64,000 nucleotides of DNA, taken from positions 3,038,001 to 3,102,000 of the forward strand of contig JAYWIR010000006.1 in NCBI GenBank assembly GCA_036172245.1, written 5' to 3'. Numbering within the stretch: the first letter of the stretch is position 1; each line of letters starts with the position of its first letter. This document shows positions 24,310-35,100 of the stretch, one piece after another. The translations under genes and the position numbers were made by a program. The notes under the pieces are model-generated. The model saw only the letters and a program-made list of their open reading frames with translations. It did not search any database and had not been told where the DNA came from. The stretch is from Raillietiella orientalis (lineage: Eukaryota).

Positions 24310-24710
24310 CTAGGTGCTGAAGACCCGTTTGCCTCCTTAGGGTGAGGGGGGCTGGTGAGGCTCTTTGACGCCGTCCATGCCGCCAGAGGGAGCATGCAAC
24401 CCTTCGAGTTATTGGGGGCAATCCCGGGAGGGGACCGGAGGAAGGAGTCCGTTCCTTTTGCGCTTGGAAAGAAACCCCGAAAGAAACCCCCACTTCTTTG
24501 ATCTCTCCCCGGAGGAGCCCACCGGTCTGTGGGGGTCTCCTTGTTTCTTTTCCGAAGAAAACCCACAAGGGAATGCTCCCGGTTTCCTCATCCGAAGAAC
24601 CCCGAAGGAGCTCTTCCCGAGTTCCCTGGAGGGTGCTTCCCGAAGGGAGTAGCGAGCTTCTGACACTCTGAAGAGGCGGCTTCCTAAGGGGGCATCGCCC
24701 AGCTCCATGG
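24310..24710 (-). mobile_element. SINE-like repeat, copy 3 (3' half only, inverted)
   Basis: Reverse complement reads ggcggcatggacggcgtcaaagagc..ctaaggaggcaaacgggtcttcagcac and ggaacggactccttcctcc, as in the other copies. Confidence 0.65.
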
Positions 24711-24719
24711 TTCGCGATA

Positions 24720-26450
24720 GACGGATCCATTTTCACAAACGGTAGGAAACCCCGAAGGGAACTGACTCTTTGAACTGTCCTGGAAGGACTTCCCAAGGTT
24801 CAAATTTCAATCTCTGCCAGTCAACAGGGCATCCGCCTTCTACCGATACCGCTCCCAAAACCCGTGGGCCACGCAGCGTCGTCCTGCGGAGGTGACTCGA
24901 ACGCAATACCATTTCTCGACTTCGATCTTTAAGGGTATTCGAACCCACTACCACACGCGGAGACCACATTCACAAAAACGCCAACGCGGGCGTTGATATC
25001 GCTGAAACCAGATCACTCGCCTATTAATTGTTGGCCAGAAATTCCTCTTCACTAGCCATTTACTTGTGCCCACGGTAAACCACCGGTGAGAGACTCGCCC
25101 TCGAAGCTAATTGCCGGAGGGAAATCTTGAAAGTCGAGTGCTGACAAGAATGCCATCTTCGAAGCTTGGTACTTCTGAAAACTCACCCTCGAAGCTAATT
25201 GCCGAGGGAAGCTTGTCTCCAGATCTACTGGAGAAATACTAGCTTTCAGTCTCAAGCACTGCCGAGCAACTCTCTTCTGCAACGAGTCCGGGGGTGGGTG
25301 GGGCTCAGCTGAGAGGGGGGGAAGGGAGGCGACCCGAGGTCGAGAACGCCTTTTTCTCCGAGGGCAGGGGTGGGCGACGGCGCCTCGAGACCTCTCCTCC
25401 CTCGGGAGGGGGGAAGGACGTCGGGACTCCTCCAGGGAGGCCAGTCAATTTATAATCTTTATAGATCAGCACTGGTGAGAAGCACCTCTACTGTAAATCA
25501 GAAGTTAGCTTCCGCCGGTGGTCGGTTATATCCTACCGCGCAGCTGCTCATGATCAGGGTGAACTATTTACCGCTCGTTCTTTTCCTAGATTGCTGATCA
25601 GCCTCCCGAACTCACGATCTTTTTCAGTTATCTACTCCATTAAGAACTGCTGGTTGCACAACCGATGACCGCCGTTGGTCATCGGACAGTTTTGGGTCGT
25701 TTGGACAAATCAGTGCTGATCGCTAAAAGCCAGCAATTGCTGGTATCCCACGTGGATGACCGCTGACCAGCTACTGCTCTCCACTTTTAACCACTAGTCA
25801 ATCACTTAATTCTTGTCTTTAGATGGACCATCGAGTCCTCACTCGTCTCCGATGGCTACAAGTTCCCGAATTCTCGCAACCGGCCGGTACAGAAAATCAG
25901 CTAGAACGACGAGTACTGGATCAGTGCGCGACTCTCCGATGCAGCACTCCTTCAAAGCCGGTTACTGCTCAGGCATTCTTCGTCACTTGTGGTTACTAGC
26001 CAGTGGCGCTTTGCTCCGTCACTCGGCACGAAGGAGAGATACTTTGTCTTCGAAAAGTGGCCACGGTCGGTCTTCAGCGCAGGCCAGAAGCCGATCGCCT
26101 GGCTCCGCAACGTACCATAGACCTTCTTACTCATCACTGGTCTTCAGGACCGGGCTTTAGCTACTGCTCAGGACTTCTCCAGCAGCTGCATATGCCATCG
26201 CCTTTCCCTTCTCCTTCGTTACGAGTTCTCCTTCTTCGCCGCTAATTAGCGGTCGGTCACCCGACTTCCTCCGTTAATTGCCGGTTGTTCACTGGTTTTC
26301 GATTAGCTTTCTTTCCGGTGGTCTGTCTCTGGCCGGTGGTGCGCTCTTTCGCCTCAATAGCTTGGGTGATGGCGGTCCGATGAGGACCTGACCGGTGACG
26401 TACCGCTCTTCCTCACCGGTCGCTCTTCGTCTCCGAGTCAATGAGTTGCC
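24720..26450 (-). mobile_element. Possible decayed Ty3/gypsy LTR-retrotransposon internal fragment
   Basis: Lower-GC block with gag-like LADFLYRPVARIRELVAIG (~25880) and RNaseH-linker-like STPALAF...PRVVVGSNT...MVL (~24950). It truncates a SINE-like copy. No LTR pair seen. Confidence 0.3.
25271..25438 (+). repeat. 168-bp direct copy of 20668-20835 (3' end of gene B intron 1)
   Basis: Identical by eye except one substitution (ggcac versus ggcgc). Confidence 0.95.
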
Positions 26451-27726
26451 GATCCCCCCACCAGGAGGCAGGGTGGGGAGGTCGCGCGTGCGCGAGCGCG
26501 TGCTCGGTGTCTCGGACCCCTCGGGACTGCCCTCCCTCCTTTTTCATCTCTTCCACCGGGCGCGTTTAGCCGGAGAGCTTCGAGCTGCCGCCGGTAGATG
26601 GCTGGGTGAGGCCGCACTGGACTCTCGACCTTCGCCCAAAGCCTCCGCGGCTATTTCTTCCCCTCATATCCTTTTCTCTTTTCGATGAGGAGAGGTAGAA
26701 GAAGGTGACCAGCAGCATCCTCCCTTTTTTTTTTTTTCTTCCCTCCCCTCCCCTCTCTTCCTCCACTTCACCTCCATCGCGATAGAGGGGCGGTGCGACC
26801 CGCCCAGGTCCACGAAACGGCGACCTAACAGACCGCGAGTAGCTGCGCTCCTCACGCCCATCCTCCTCTGCCGTTTCTATGGGGACGAGGCTTCCCTTCT
26901 GCGTTCCCAGTGAGCGCCGAGGAGTCTCCCTTGAACCGGGGAGAGTCGGCACGTCCTCCGGTCGACCTCCACCAACCGCGAACTGGCGTATGCCCCAGCG
27001 GGAGTGCGCGGATCCTGTAGGCGGGTTGACCGGGATGAACACGCTGGAGGGGAAGGGGGCGCACACCGTAGCCTCACAAGGCGCACCGTCGATAGCTAGG
27101 GGCGCCGGTTGCGACAGAGCCCCTTCGTCTTCCTGTCAACGCGGGGCGTCCCAAGAGGAAACATACGGAGGGGCGCACGTGGCCTTCGAAGGAACGGGAG
27201 CCGGGAAACTGGGGAGAGGGACAGCGATTTGGACCCACGCTTGGAGGTGGTCTGCATTGGCCCCTGAGTGTTTTCTGAGGTGGAGGGTCGCACGTGACTT
27301 TTCGAGAGGGCGGGCATCCGAAGAACCGAAGGAGTTGACCGGGGAACAGCTCGGAACGGCTGACGCCTAGCGGCAGCTCCATCGCTGCTCCATCTTCCTC
27401 GCGACGAGGGGGTCCTTAACTCCTCCCCACGTGCCTCCATCTCTCCCTACTACCCTTCGCTCAAAGGACGCGCCCTACAACATCGACCCCTACGCGACAG
27501 GGGTTCGAGGGTTCGCGGGTCTGCGGTCTTCCGACAGGGAGGGGTCATGAACTCCGTCCCTTTCATTCGAAGGCCTGGAATGACAGGTCCGTGATCCGGA
27601 CAACTTCGCGAGCTCCTGGCACGCCCGCTGCGCTGACTGGGGCCCCAAGGGGCAGCCTCCGGCAAGGCATCGGACGTGCAGGAATGAGGAGGCGCGTGAG
27701 GAAGAACAAGGAGGATGGTACCTTAC

Positions 27727-28112
27727 CGGGACTCCTTCCGGAAGTGTGGGCTCGGCTGGAAAGGTGGCGCAGCTGTCTCCTTCCCTGCTGCCGTAGAGTC
27801 GACGCGCGGGTGCTGGGCGCTGCTGTTGCCGGGGCGCTGATCCCTCCGAAGGGTCCGCTGGCAGGAGACGTGGGGCAGACGGAGGCAGGAGGGAGGTCCC
27901 GAAACGGGTGGGAGCAGGAGGCCGGGCTTCTCCGGAAGTTCCCGGAGAGGACGTAAGGGGACAGGGGCGCAGCCGCGCTGCAAGGAGGGACAGGATGGGG
28001 TGGGAGGATCCGAACCGGGGAGCTTATCGTTCCAGAGGGGCGAGCGGACCTTCGTGTGGGAGGCGGCGGCGGCGGCCTGTTCCCGGAGGACCTCCTCTGC
28101 GCGGCTTTTATA
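27727..28112 (-). pseudogene. Orphan TATA box + ACG-AAG|gt mini-exon + 251-nt exon: probable decayed gene
   Basis: TATAAAA at 28106-28112; ACG AAG|gtccgc at 28055-28050; pyrimidine-rich acceptor ccttgcag at 27978; donor cg|gtaagg at 27726. There is no ATG and no clear family motifs. Confidence 0.3.
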
Positions 28113-30032
28113 GGCGCGCGGAGGCCATCCGGGGCAACGGCACCACCCGGCCCGCCTGCTGCCGCCGTGGCCGCGGCACCGCGGCTCCCGTCGATCCAGG
28201 CCAGACGTGTCCGGAAGGCCTCCGGTTGTTTTCCTTTCCCGGGCGCCTACCGTCGGAGGGAGCCGCGCGCGTTCTTCCCCCGGTTGGTAAACAAACGGAA
28301 GCTTTCGCACGCGCGCGCGACCTCTCCGGTCACCTGACCTCTTCGGTTGGTGGGGGAGAAGGAGGAGGAGGAAGACAAGACGGGAGGAATAGGGAGACCG
28401 AAGGCACGGAGGCGCGACGGGACGATCAATACCCGCCACCGCCGCTGCTACCATGGCGACGGACCACCCCTTTGCCTTCCTCCTCTTCAGCTTCCAAATC
28501 AACGGGAAGCACATGGACTCTACATCCTCCTTATGCTCCATAGCAGGATAAGACGATATGAGAAGGAGGAGGAAAGGGGGAAAGGGAGGATGAAAAAGAC
28601 GAGGATGGCAAGAGGATAAGGAAGTGGAAGGGAGATGGAAGAGGCGGAAGGATGGAGGAGGAGAGAGAGGAGGAGGAGAGGAGGGGGAGGAAAAAGGAGG
28701 AACGGACATGCAGGAAGGGTCGTTGTCAGTTCTTCTCTTCCTGAGTGAGGGGAACGGACGTCAGGAAAGCGGGGAAGTTTCTCTGCTCCCGGAAACCCCC
28801 CCACGTCCTGTATCCCAGGGAAACCACTCTCGAGTCGCTTGGGAACGCACGCTCCGACGCGCGGTTCCTTTTATTGTCGCCAGCCATCTTCAAGTTTGCC
28901 ATGCCGGCGAAGCCTTTACCGCCAATGCTAGAGTCTCCTCGCCAGCACTGCTGCCACCGTCGTCGTCGTCGTCCCGCTACTGGTCTGCTGGAAGAATCGC
29001 CGCCCTCCGGCAGAAGTTGTGATCCTGGTAGGCAAGGTCCTCGGTCTTCCACCTGAGGCAGTGAAGAGTACACTTTCCTTTCTTCTCCTTTTCTGTCTCT
29101 TTTTTTTGCCCCTCTTTTCCCCGCCCCGCTATCCTGTACAGGGATGCACGGCGCCCTCGGTTCGCCGTGCAGCCCTGTGCAGCGGGAGGTGACGAGCGCG
29201 CTCTGCAAACCTCCGGTGACCTGAGCAACCGGAAGTGGGGAGGGGAGGAGGAGGAAGACGACGGCGGCGGAAGCAAGCGAGGGCACACAGGGACGGTCGA
29301 GGGCTGGATTCTCCCTGCTTTTGTCTCTTCCTTGTCACCCATTCTTGGGGTGTGGGGTAGGGGAGGACCTACCGTCTCCTCTCTCCCCCTTGTCTCTCTC
29401 ACCTGCTTTCCTTGCCCTCCTGAGCCTGGTTGCAGCACCGATCGAGGGATAGAAGTCCAGTTGCTGCGCATCCACCCTGGCCGTGAGGGCAGACCTCAGG
29501 ACGCCCTCCGCCCTTTCGTCTGGAAGGACAAAGAGACCCCTATGGAAATGCAGAGGAGGTGGTGAGTTGACGGACGCCCCCCTCTTCTGCCTCCAATCCC
29601 CCTCACCCGCAGGGCAGTCCTCTAGCTTCCCCACCAACCGATGTGAGCGCGCTTTCCCTCAGGGTTTTCCGGGGAGGACGCACCAAAGGCAGAGCCTTTG
29701 GCTCTCAGAAACTCCCTCTGCCCTTTCTTTGCTGACTGCCTCCCGCATTCGCCTTGCCCCATTAGTCCGGCGGACTTGAGTCCCTCCAAGCAAGGATCCG
29801 GTAAGAGAATTCAGCGGCTCTCGGCCTCCAGCAGTACACAGGAGGAACAGCGGGCGACCGGTTTCCGTGGAGACCGCGACGTCCTCACGGGGGACGAGTG
29901 AACACCTCCCAGAGGCTTCGGGTGGCACTGGCGAGTTGGTTCCCGGAAAGCACACGCCCGTCCGCTCCCTCCCATCCTCTCCGCTTCTCTCTTCAGGAAG
30001 CCCCTCGTCTCCCACGGAAGGGACGCTCCCAT

Positions 30033-30607
30033 CTAGTAACTCCGGAAGCGACCGGGGAAGAGTGGGAGGAGCCCCTTCTTCGCTACCTCCTCCGCTGCTG
30101 TTGCTGAGCCAGAAGGGGACGGAGATCCGCAGCTGCGTGGTTCATTGGCCACCACCCCCCCCTCCCAAGCGGGAGGTGGGGCGACGGACCACTTGCCGAA
30201 GGAATCCGAATCTTCGTCCCCTCTCAGCTCTGCCCCCACATGCGCTGTAGGGAAGGGAGGGATCTTTCGCTCCACCCGTCGCGAGAAAAAGGAATACCTA
30301 TGGACCGCTTTTGCGGCTGGCTGCTGGTGATGCTGAGGTTCACTGGGAACATGAGACTGGCCGCATTGGCCAGGATGATGGCGATGATCAAGAAGAGGAC
30401 GGGGTAGGCAATGAGGGCCCCACGGACGGCGTCGGTTGCCAGCTCGTCGGCGTCCTGCCTCAGCACCAAGGAGTCCTCGTCGTCGCCGTCGCTGCTGTCC
30501 TCGTCCAGCAGCCGCCTGTGGTAGAGCCGCAGGCTCTCCGCCATGCACCAGGACGGCGCCAGCACCAGCAGACACAGAGGCACTACTCTCATCACGTCCG
30601 TCCCCAT
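30033..30607 (-). CDS. Cluster gene D: signal peptide + acidic region + hydrophobic segment + QKRS, no Cys domain in the nearest exon; complement(join(30033..30244,30298..30607)), ~173 aa, 3' end uncertain
   Basis: MRVVPLCLLVLAPSWCMA signal; DEDSSDGDDED; VRGALIAYPVLFLIIAIILANAASLMFPVNLSITSSQPQKRS aligns with the B/C/E hydrophobic segment. Phase-1 donor ag|gtattc at 30297 and a 53-nt intron to ccctacag. Exon 1 is secure; exon 2 is tentative. Confidence 0.7.
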
Positions 30608-31819
30608 GTCGGACGTCGGATGTCACCTGAGGAGCAGCGGATGAACGCAGAATCCGACGGATGGGGAATAGGAGGGAGATGAAGAGGGTATGAGGAGGTA
30701 TGCGGGGATAGGATGAAGAGATGTAGGAAAGAAAATGCTCGAAGGCGGACGGTGGGGAGGCGGGAGGGGGAAGGCTGACCTGAGGCAGTGCGGCCCCCTA
30801 GGAGGCCGCACCACCTGAGGTTCGCCACGAGAGATCCCTCCCTTCCTCCAGCCACTTATCTGAAATCCAGGAAACCCTCCTTCCTGCTCGAAAGGGGCCG
30901 TCCACCCCGTCCCTGCTTACACGGACGCTGCACTCCGCTCCTCGCCTTCTTCTTACGCTTTCCCTTCTTGGTCCTCTGCTCAGCAGCCGGGAGAGGACCA
31001 CCTCGCTGACTCTTAGCGACTCGGCTTTGCCACCGCAAGTGCAGCGGCGGCGGAATACTAAGTACCGGAGCGGGTCACTAACGGATCCTAGCAGGAAGTG
31101 ATACACTTGATCAGTTCCCGAAACCCTTGGCAACCTCCACGTTCCGCGGTCACCTCCGGATGACATGGCGCGCTGACCCCAGCCCCTCGGTTCCGCGCCG
31201 CTTCACTGTCCACCGGGCAACCTCTGTCGAAGACCTCTGCGAGAAAGAGGAGCGATCGTGGCCGCCTGCCTCCCAGAGGAGGGGAGCGGCAAGAGGGAGG
31301 CAGCGGAGTCTCCCAGCGCGAGCACCCTCTGACTCGACCGCGAGAGGGGAGAGTTGTGCGTGACCCCTTCGGGTCCGTCCCGACGAATGCCGACTTCCTT
31401 CCTCGGGAACCCTGGGCTCAAGCCAGGGGAAGAAGGCCTCAGAGAGTGACGGGGCCGCGTAAGTTAGCTACCCTGACGGCGCTAGGAGACCTCCTGGCTG
31501 GTCCGAAATCGCAATGTCCGATCCGCAACCCCGGGGGAACAGTTGGCCGACCCTTCTAACCTGCTGCGCACGGGGAATGGAAAGGCTGAGGAGAGGGAAA
31601 GAAGTGATCTGAGTCTGGAGGCACGTCGATGCCTCCGGAAATCAAATTCCATCTCCGCACACGAGGAGCCTTCCTTTTCGTGGAGGGCACCGTGTCTCGC
31701 CCGGAACCAGTAGGAGGCTCCAAGGTGAACTGCCGTTGCTTGGGTGTGGGAGTCGCAAGTTGCGTGTGCCCGCCCCTGAGACGAAAGGAATCGACCCAGG
31801 AGAGATGGGTTGTCAAGGA

Positions 31820-32130
31820 GAGAAAGGGAGCAGGAATTCAGGAAGAAAAGGAAAAGAAAAGGAGCAGGATGGATAGAGGAGGTGAAGAATAGGGAGGAGG
31901 AGGAGGAAGTGGAAGGGAGGAGAACGAGGAGGGGAGGAAGGATGGAGGGGTGGGGAGAAAAAGGAGGATGGGAAGGACAGAATTGGAAGCTAGAAGGAGG
32001 AGAGGAAAAAATGAAGGTGAGAAGAAGGAGGAGGAGAAAGGGAGGAGAAGGCGGAGGATGGAAAGAGGAGGAGGAGAGAAAGGGGAAGGAAGGATAGAGG
32101 AAGAGGAAGGGTAGAAGAAGAGAAAACGAA
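31820..32130 (+). repeat. Polypurine (GGA/GAA) low-complexity tract; similar tracts at ~8470-8640, 21390-21540, 28560-28700 and 51840-51975
   Basis: Almost pure A/G sequence on the plus strand. Confidence 0.85.
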
Positions 32131-35100
32131 GGAAAGCGATTCTCTATAAAAAAGCAACAGCATAGAACGCAGACAGAGAGCCTCCCTTTCGCCCCCTCCT
32201 CCTCCTCTTCCAGGGAGATCTCCAGTGCTTCCCTGAGGCTTACTAGCTGCAAAGGCGTCCCTCATTCTCTATCGTCCTAGGGACGCTAAATCCTAATTGG
32301 GACCCATCTCCCAAAATAAGGGAAAGACAACGAGCGGGAGAAGCGAAAGGTGAAAATGAGGACTTCAGAGTCCTCAATGTTTCCGGGCTGCAAGGAGGAA
32401 GCTGGGCTGCGGCGGGGCGCTCCTCGAATTCTCAGGTCATCACTCTTGGATTCCGTGCCGTCACCTTCCCGGGCATGCGAAGCCGGGAAAAAGAGTTTGT
32501 TTATTCATGCGAGCGCACCCATCGTCTTCCCACCTCCGTTCGAGGATGCCACATAAATCGCACGGTGTTGTTTACACAGATTCCGGTGTGTGGAAGTGAA
32601 GATGATTTGCTGCTCGCAGCGTCCGCCTTGCTGACGCGGGAAGTCGGGAAAAGTAACGGGTGCACCAGGCGTTCCGGCTTCTCAGGGAGGCGCGAATCGC
32701 TTCAGGCGGTTCCTTCTCCGGAGGACGTTTGATTCGGAAAATCCGGCTTCTCCCTTTCTCCCCGGATTCTTCGCTGGCTGGAGGAAAGGAAGAAGAGGGG
32801 AGGTCTGCGAGGAACGAAGGTGAGGCAAAGCCGCCTCCCGAAACTGCAAAATCCTCCCTACGGAAGCATCCCCGTAAGCTGTCGCGTTCTCTGCAGATTG
32901 GTGCCTCGCCCTTGGGTCGTCGGGCGTGCGGCGAACGCAAGGGTCCTCGCGCGTGATTCCAGGAGACTCAACCAGGAAATTCCCTACCAGCCCCTGCGGA
33001 ACCCTTCCTGGGCTGCGGCGGCTGTCTCTTTTTTCTTCTTCTTCCCCCTCCCACCCACCTCCCTCTCTCTCTCCTAGGGATGCGCAGCTCGTGGACCGCT
33101 GAGGGAGCGAAGCGCGCGCAGGGGGAAGAGGATCCCGACTGCGAACATCAAAAAGGAACGACCAGACCATAAAAGCGAGAAGGATCGGGCAGAATCTTCG
33201 ACGGACCGTTTTATGGACGCGTTCACCCATCCAGGAGAACTGAAGGAGGACAAAGGCAACGTGGTCGATAAACTCTAGGGGAAGATTAAATGTTGACTTT
33301 CGAGGGTTGAAGAGCAGCATCCGAAGAATTTGCTTGAGCTCTGCGTTTTCAAGTCATTAAGCGAGGGTCACGCTCAGTCATTTTTCAATGAAAAATGGAG
33401 AACGCCATCGCGCAAGCGTATACCTTTTTTCCCTTCCTTTCTTTCTTCCTCCCTTCCATTTTCCTGTTGTTGTTGTTTTGTTGTTGTTTTTTTGCCTCCC
33501 AGAAGAGTTCTTCGATCACTAAATGAACTCCGGGAATTCCTCTCGAGCATTTCTGTGAATAACCGCTGCCTTTCTCTGTTGCTGTGGAAACACGTAAACG
33601 GTTTCGCTGAACCGAAGGCTGGAGATTATTTTCGTAACTGCCATAACGACGGACGCAGGACAGCAAACGAAATCGGAATCAACGGTTCTCGTGGAAACGA
33701 GACCTGTGTGATCCAGCGCGAGGATTTCTCGATTCGGCGGTTTTCCAGCATTGCCGGAAGGGGCGTGGAGCGGCTCCGCGGAATGCTATCGGGTACCAAA
33801 ACCCCCACCTCCCACCCCCCACCCCGAGTAGCTCTTGCCGGGAGCCTCGGCGAGTGCGCGGAACGTACACGCGGAACGCCTGGATGCCCTTCCAAGTAGC
33901 CATGGCGATTCCGGGTCGGTTTTCGTCCGCCTGGTTCCTCCTCGAAGGAAACGGCGTACAGGGCGAGATGAAAGGTGGACTGCCGTTGCGTTTCCAAGCC
34001 ATCTCGGTCGCTTATGATTATGACTCATTATCATAATTATCGAATAGAACATCGGGAGGCGAGGATCCGTGGGTGCAATTTGATCCGCGACCTAAATGGT
34101 TTCCTCTGAGGAACACACGGGTATTCTTGTGGGGGAGTCTCGAACGGAGCGTCGTAAATATGGTAATCTCGCTCAACTTGTGATCCAGGCGCATGAAGAA
34201 TGCGAAAATAAATCACCGCTGATTACTTTAAGCGTGCCCTCATCAACTCGGAAACTCGGAGAATCCTCCGTGGGTTCCTCGAACTCGCCGAAGACATCGA
34301 TCGAAGCCCGCTGAACGTCAACAAACTCAACCGCCCTCCTCCCCCCCCCTTCCCCATTCTGCTGGCTGGGCCGGCCTGGGTGGTGGCGGCACACCAATTC
34401 TCCCCTCCAAGGAGCCGTCTTCCTGCCTCAGATTGTGGTAGCTCTTGGGGCGAGAGGGCCTTCCGCCACATCCTGCTGGACGGACCGCTTGAGGTCCCAG
34501 ATCCAATCGTTTCCCCAGAGAACGCCGCCCCTCTTCCAGAACCGTCCCGTCGACGAAAGAGCGGCCGAAAGGACACCGTGAGCGTGCGCTGTTTCCGTTT
34601 TCTCCTGATTACCAGCTCGTCGCGGGATCCGCCTCCGCATCCCTAAATGCTCCAAGCCCCAAGGGCAACTCTTTCCTTGGAATCCCTTCCATCCGTGGGT
34701 CTCCTGCCTCCCCGCTCAAGACGGCGCGTTTCTCCCGTGGGTTTCGCACACAGCGGAGCTGACACTGCTGCTTCAGGGTGGCTCGGACCGGACGGCTCGC
34801 TCGCCACCGCAATTCCGTCGACAACTCGCGAGTCTTCCTCAAACCTGCCTCGCCCTCTTCGCGGAAGCCCTGCGGTTGTCACGGCGCCAGCTTGTCGGAA
34901 GGTCCGACCGAGAGCAGCTGCCTCACCGTCTAAGCAGACCACTATCCGGAGGGAAGAACAAAGATGGTACCGATTCGCGGTTGGCCAGTGGCTGGAACCA
35001 GGCCGACAGCGCGCCACATCAGGCTCATAGGGCCCACCGGCCCGCTCTCGATACCACCGACAAGGGCTGGCCCGTTTCCCCGAGTGTTTCATTTCAGCAT

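Noticed and set aside
34096..34314. KYGNLAQL...LSVPSS as a hAT remnant
   Set aside because: Motif spacing is wrong and there is no ER.FS; too weak to call.
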